Assembly: GCA_046045965.1 (NCBI GenBank)
Contig: JBJOKS010000007.1
Span: 32,001 to 96,000 of the forward strand
Source of the DNA: Cyanobacteriota bacterium
GTDB taxonomy: Bacteria; Cyanobacteriota; Cyanobacteriia; Cyanobacteriales; Nostocaceae
Reading direction: 5' to 3'
DNA length: 64,000 nucleotides
Position numbers and translations under genes: made by a program. Below the pieces are notes generated by a model that ran no database searches, was not told where the DNA came from, and saw nothing but the letters and a program-made list of their open reading frames with translations. Below, piece by piece: positions 60,835-64,000 of this stretch; position 1 is the first letter of the stretch; each line of letters opens with the position of its first letter.

Positions 60835-61701
60835 TTAATAACTACCTGCCAATTCTCTTTCTATTTTTAGCAAGGCTTCCACACGCATTTCAGTTGCAGG
60901 ATGACTAGAAAACAAATTACCTAAAAATTGCCCAGAAATGGGATGAATAATTAATAATGGTTCAAAGGCGGGATTAGCATTTAAAGGCATTTGCCTAGCA
61001 GTTGCTTCTAATCTTTGTAAAGCCTTAGCTAAAGCGCGGGGATTACCTGTTAATTTGGCAGCACCAGCATCAGCAGAAAATTCTCTGGTGCGGGAAATTG
61101 CTAATTGAATAATTGTGGCGGCTATAGGTGCAAGCATCACTGTTACTAGCACTCCCAAAGGATTTCCACCTCTTTCATTATCTCTTGAACCACCGCCAAA
61201 CCATAGGCTATAACTTAACATTTGTGCCAGGAAAGAAATCGCACCGGCGACAGTAGCAGCAACGGCTTGGGTTAAGGTATCACGATTAATAATGTGGGTG
61301 AGTTCGTGGGCAATTACCCCTTCTAATTCTTCCTCTGGTAAGATGTTTAAAATGCCTTCAGTAACGGCAACAGCAGCGTGTTCTGGGTCTCTTCCTGTAG
61401 CGAAAGCATTGGCAGTTTGTCCAGGAACAATGTACACTCCAGGCATGGGAATATTAGCACGGTTTGACAGTCTTTTTACCATGCGATAAAGTTCTGGTGC
61501 TTGGGCTTCGCTGACAGGTTGTGCTTGATAAACTGCCAAGGCAATTTTATCAGATTGATACCAGGAAAATAGGTTGGTAACTGCTGCTAATCCAATACCG
61601 ATAATTAAACCGCTAGTACCACCAATTACCCAATAACTAATTGCAATTAATAAGCCACTCAGTGCTGCCAATAAAGCAGCAGTTTTGAATTGATTTCCCA
61701 T
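60835..61701 (-). CDS. htpX: Zinc metalloprotease HtpX (M48)
   Basis: NAFATGRDP, HELTH, SRTREFSADA, FSSHP. Confidence 0.93.
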   Translation of the reverse strand: MGNQFKTAALLAALSGLLIAISYWVIGGTSGLIIGIGLAAVTNLFSWYQSDKIALAVYQAQPVSEAQAPELYRMVKRLSNRANIPMPGVYIVPGQTANAFATGRDPEHAAVAVTEGILNILPEEELEGVIAHELTHIINRDTLTQAVAATVAGAISFLAQMLSYSLWFGGGSRDNERGGNPLGVLVTVMLAPIAATIIQLAISRTREFSADAGAAKLTGNPRALAKALQRLEATARQMPLNANPAFEPLLIIHPISGQFLGNLFSSHPATEMRVEALLKIERELAGSY

Positions 61702-61885
61702 AGTTATCTCCTGCTAATGCTGCATAATTTTGTTTGATTTTGACTAAATAACAGCATTAGTTTAGTTATGTTTTTATTGTATAGACTTCGACTTTGAGGT
61801 ACAGTGATGAAAACCTGTGATCATAGTACGGTTTTCCGATTAAATTGCCAAAATACAATCAGGTTATGCCGTTTATATCTCTAAT

Positions 61886-62284
61886 ATGCTGCAAGATCCT
61901 AATTTGCGCCAAGCGTTAGCTATTAGTTTAGGTGCGATCGCTGGTGCTTTAAGTCGCTATTATTTAACTTTGTTGTTTGCTGCCAGATTTGGTACAAATT
62001 TTCCCTATGGCACGTTTTTTATCAATGTCAGTGGTTGTTTAGGGATGGGATTTTTTGCAACTTTGGCAGTAGAAAAAGTAGCTTTTATTTCCCCAGAATT
62101 AAGGTTAATGGTAACAACCGGTTTTTTAGGTGCATACACAACTTTTTCTACTTACGGTTTAGAATCTCTGGCTTTAATGCGGAGTGGTAATGTTTTAACT
62201 ACTACTGGTTATTGGCTTGGTAGTGCTATTTTAGGAGTTTTCTGCGTGCAGTTAGGTGTAATTTTTGCAAAGTTTTGCAGGTAA
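61886..62284 (+). CDS. crcB: Fluoride channel Fluc/CrcB
   Basis: GAIAGALSRY, FPYGTFFINVSG, TGFLGAYTTFST. Confidence 0.95.
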   Translation: MLQDPNLRQALAISLGAIAGALSRYYLTLLFAARFGTNFPYGTFFINVSGCLGMGFFATLAVEKVAFISPELRLMVTTGFLGAYTTFSTYGLESLALMRSGNVLTTTGYWLGSAILGVFCVQLGVIFAKFCR

Positions 62285-62289
62285 ATTGA

Positions 62290-63894
62290 TTAATAACCAG
62301 AAGTATCTCCAGCAATGGGAAAAGCATAATCTGAAAACAGGGCATAATTATTATGCTCGCCACAGGTTTCTTGATCAAGAACTTTAACAACTTTGTTATA
62401 AATGTCTTCTGCTTGTTGGGGAGAATCACCAATACTTGTTAATCCCAATTTACCAAACTGAGAAAGACAACCCATAAGATGAAATACTGTCCCGGTTTCA
62501 GTTCCGCTATCAAAATGTAATCGGTGATGAGCAATAATATCCATTAAATCATTGGGTAATAATCCCCGATAGCGGTCTTTTTGTAAGTTGTCTGTAGCAA
62601 CGTAATATTTAGCTTTTCCTTGCTGACTGTAAAATAAACCGGTGGACAAGTCATAACGTCCATTAGTTAATAATTTCAAGGTCATGAAAGGGTGAGTTGT
62701 ACCACCTTTGCGGAGGTTAATTTCTATGGCTTGAATATCCCATTTACCATTACCTTGATCAACAGCGACAAAATCAACACCGAATCTTTCTAATGTGCCT
62801 TTTTCTGCGAGTTTTTTACCTACTTGTAAACCTAATGTCTGTAATTCTAATCTATACTTTTCATCCGCAGGAAAGCGACAACCGAGATAAATTTGTCCGT
62901 CTGGACCGCCGAGAATTTGGTCATGGGTGGAGAGAATTTCTACTTCTCCATCGGGTGTAATGCGTCCTTGGACACTGGGAGAAAATTTGATTTCACCTTC
63001 AATAAATGATTCTACTATTGCGCCTAATTCTGGGATACGTTGAGAAAAATTAGCCCAGGTTTCTTTTGTGGCTTGAAAACGTAGATTTGAGAAGTTATTA
63101 ATGATTGCTGATATTCTTTCACTATGAGAACTTTTCCCAGGTGCAACATCTATCAAGGGGCGGAGATCAAAAAGTGCATTTCCTTCCCCAGAAATGCCTT
63201 CATTCAGTTTAACAACCATCCGTTTTAATGTTGGTTGACGTTCCCATAAATCAGCCGCTGCTGTTGCTAAATCTGCGGAATTCTTCACTAATTCGCTACC
63301 ATCAGGATGGGGTACACTGCTTTGAGCAAAAATTTGCCGACTACCGCTTTTTGTTCCCCAAATCTGTAAATCTGGAGCAGCAGCATACAAAGGTACATTC
63401 AATTTCAGTGATAATTCTGCTTCCCAAAAGGTGGAATTGTAACAAGCCATAAAAGCTTTATCTAACCGCAAAGCTTGACGAATTCTTTCTAGTAAGCGGG
63501 GACGTTCTAAAATCTTTTGACTGAGGGGTTTAAGGGAAGAATCATAGGTAGAAAGTAGCAATAAACGATGACGAGCATGGGAAAATGGAATTCCGGGTAG
63601 TAGTTGTAAATAGTAATCAATAATGCTGGGATGTAGTGGCATTGATGTTACATAAATTAATCTAGTGCGGGGATTTCGCAACCGGATTAAAGAAAATAGT
63701 AATCTTTCTTCATAATGTTCACACCCTTCTATTTTTTGCAGTTCCCGTTGGTCGATGCTCAAAGAAGGGATGATTAAAATATCGGCTTCGCTGTTGTCAA
63801 ATAACTCGCTTGTTTTCCAGCGATCGCGTAAAGTTAATTGTAAACTGCGAAACTTATCAATTTGCTCTAACTCGGAAATATTCATTGTCACCAT
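62290..63894 (-). CDS. PGM1-related peptide ligase (ATP-grasp)
   Basis: HYEERLL, WGTKSGSR, VKLNEGISGEGNA, STHDQILGG, IEINLRKGGTTHP. Start probably ATG 63894. Confidence 0.85.
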   Translation of the reverse strand: MVTMNISELEQIDKFRSLQLTLRDRWKTSELFDNSEADILIIPSLSIDQRELQKIEGCEHYEERLLFSLIRLRNPRTRLIYVTSMPLHPSIIDYYLQLLPGIPFSHARHRLLLLSTYDSSLKPLSQKILERPRLLERIRQALRLDKAFMACYNSTFWEAELSLKLNVPLYAAAPDLQIWGTKSGSRQIFAQSSVPHPDGSELVKNSADLATAAADLWERQPTLKRMVVKLNEGISGEGNALFDLRPLIDVAPGKSSHSERISAIINNFSNLRFQATKETWANFSQRIPELGAIVESFIEGEIKFSPSVQGRITPDGEVEILSTHDQILGGPDGQIYLGCRFPADEKYRLELQTLGLQVGKKLAEKGTLERFGVDFVAVDQGNGKWDIQAIEINLRKGGTTHPFMTLKLLTNGRYDLSTGLFYSQQGKAKYYVATDNLQKDRYRGLLPNDLMDIIAHHRLHFDSGTETGTVFHLMGCLSQFGKLGLTSIGDSPQQAEDIYNKVVKVLDQETCGEHNNYALFSDYAFPIAGDTSGY

Positions 63895-64000
63895 AACCCA
63901 TACCCCAAATATCTTCCAATTTGGCCTCACTATCTTAGGTATATCCCAAGGAAGACAGAAGAAACTGATTTTTTGTGTATCTTTTTGTGAATTTAGTAAA

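Noticed and set aside
61702..61885. Fluoride riboswitch upstream of crcB
   Set aside because: GTGATGA is present, but the GATGG/AxGTTC...CTxATGAC pseudoknot pattern is not.

Overview
This looks like chromosomal DNA from a heterocyst-forming cyanobacterium (Nostocales, Anabaena/Dolichospermum-like). The evidence is frequent HIP1 sites (GCGATCGC), heptamer STRR arrays between genes, and cyanobacterial marker genes. Most of the window is ordinary: pncB, an LCP/ConR-like gene, queD, the ndhF3-ndhD3-cupA CO2-uptake operon, rnhA, cruF/cruG, rplU-rpmA, pcxA, gmd, rubrerythrin, a CpcL-type linker, crhC, htpX, crcB, c-di-GMP enzymes, and two hybrid kinases with cyanobacteriochrome GAF domains. Four accessory items stand out. 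(1) An AT-rich, coupled three-gene operon at 50.7-52.8 kb (TIGR04255-like gene, HEAT-like gene, possible ADP-ribosyltransferase-like gene) is a candidate toxin-antitoxin or defence system. (2) A DUF559 endonuclease plus a cargo gene at 15.1-16.2 kb is bracketed by four REP-like palindromes, one of which recurs exactly 45 kb away. (3) An unannotated, structured minus-strand unit lies at 46.1-46.65 kb. (4) There are structured 5' leaders on rplU and crhC and an unannotated 50-aa ORF. All family assignments come from motif recognition by eye; no database search was run. No CRISPR array, rRNA or tRNA was seen.
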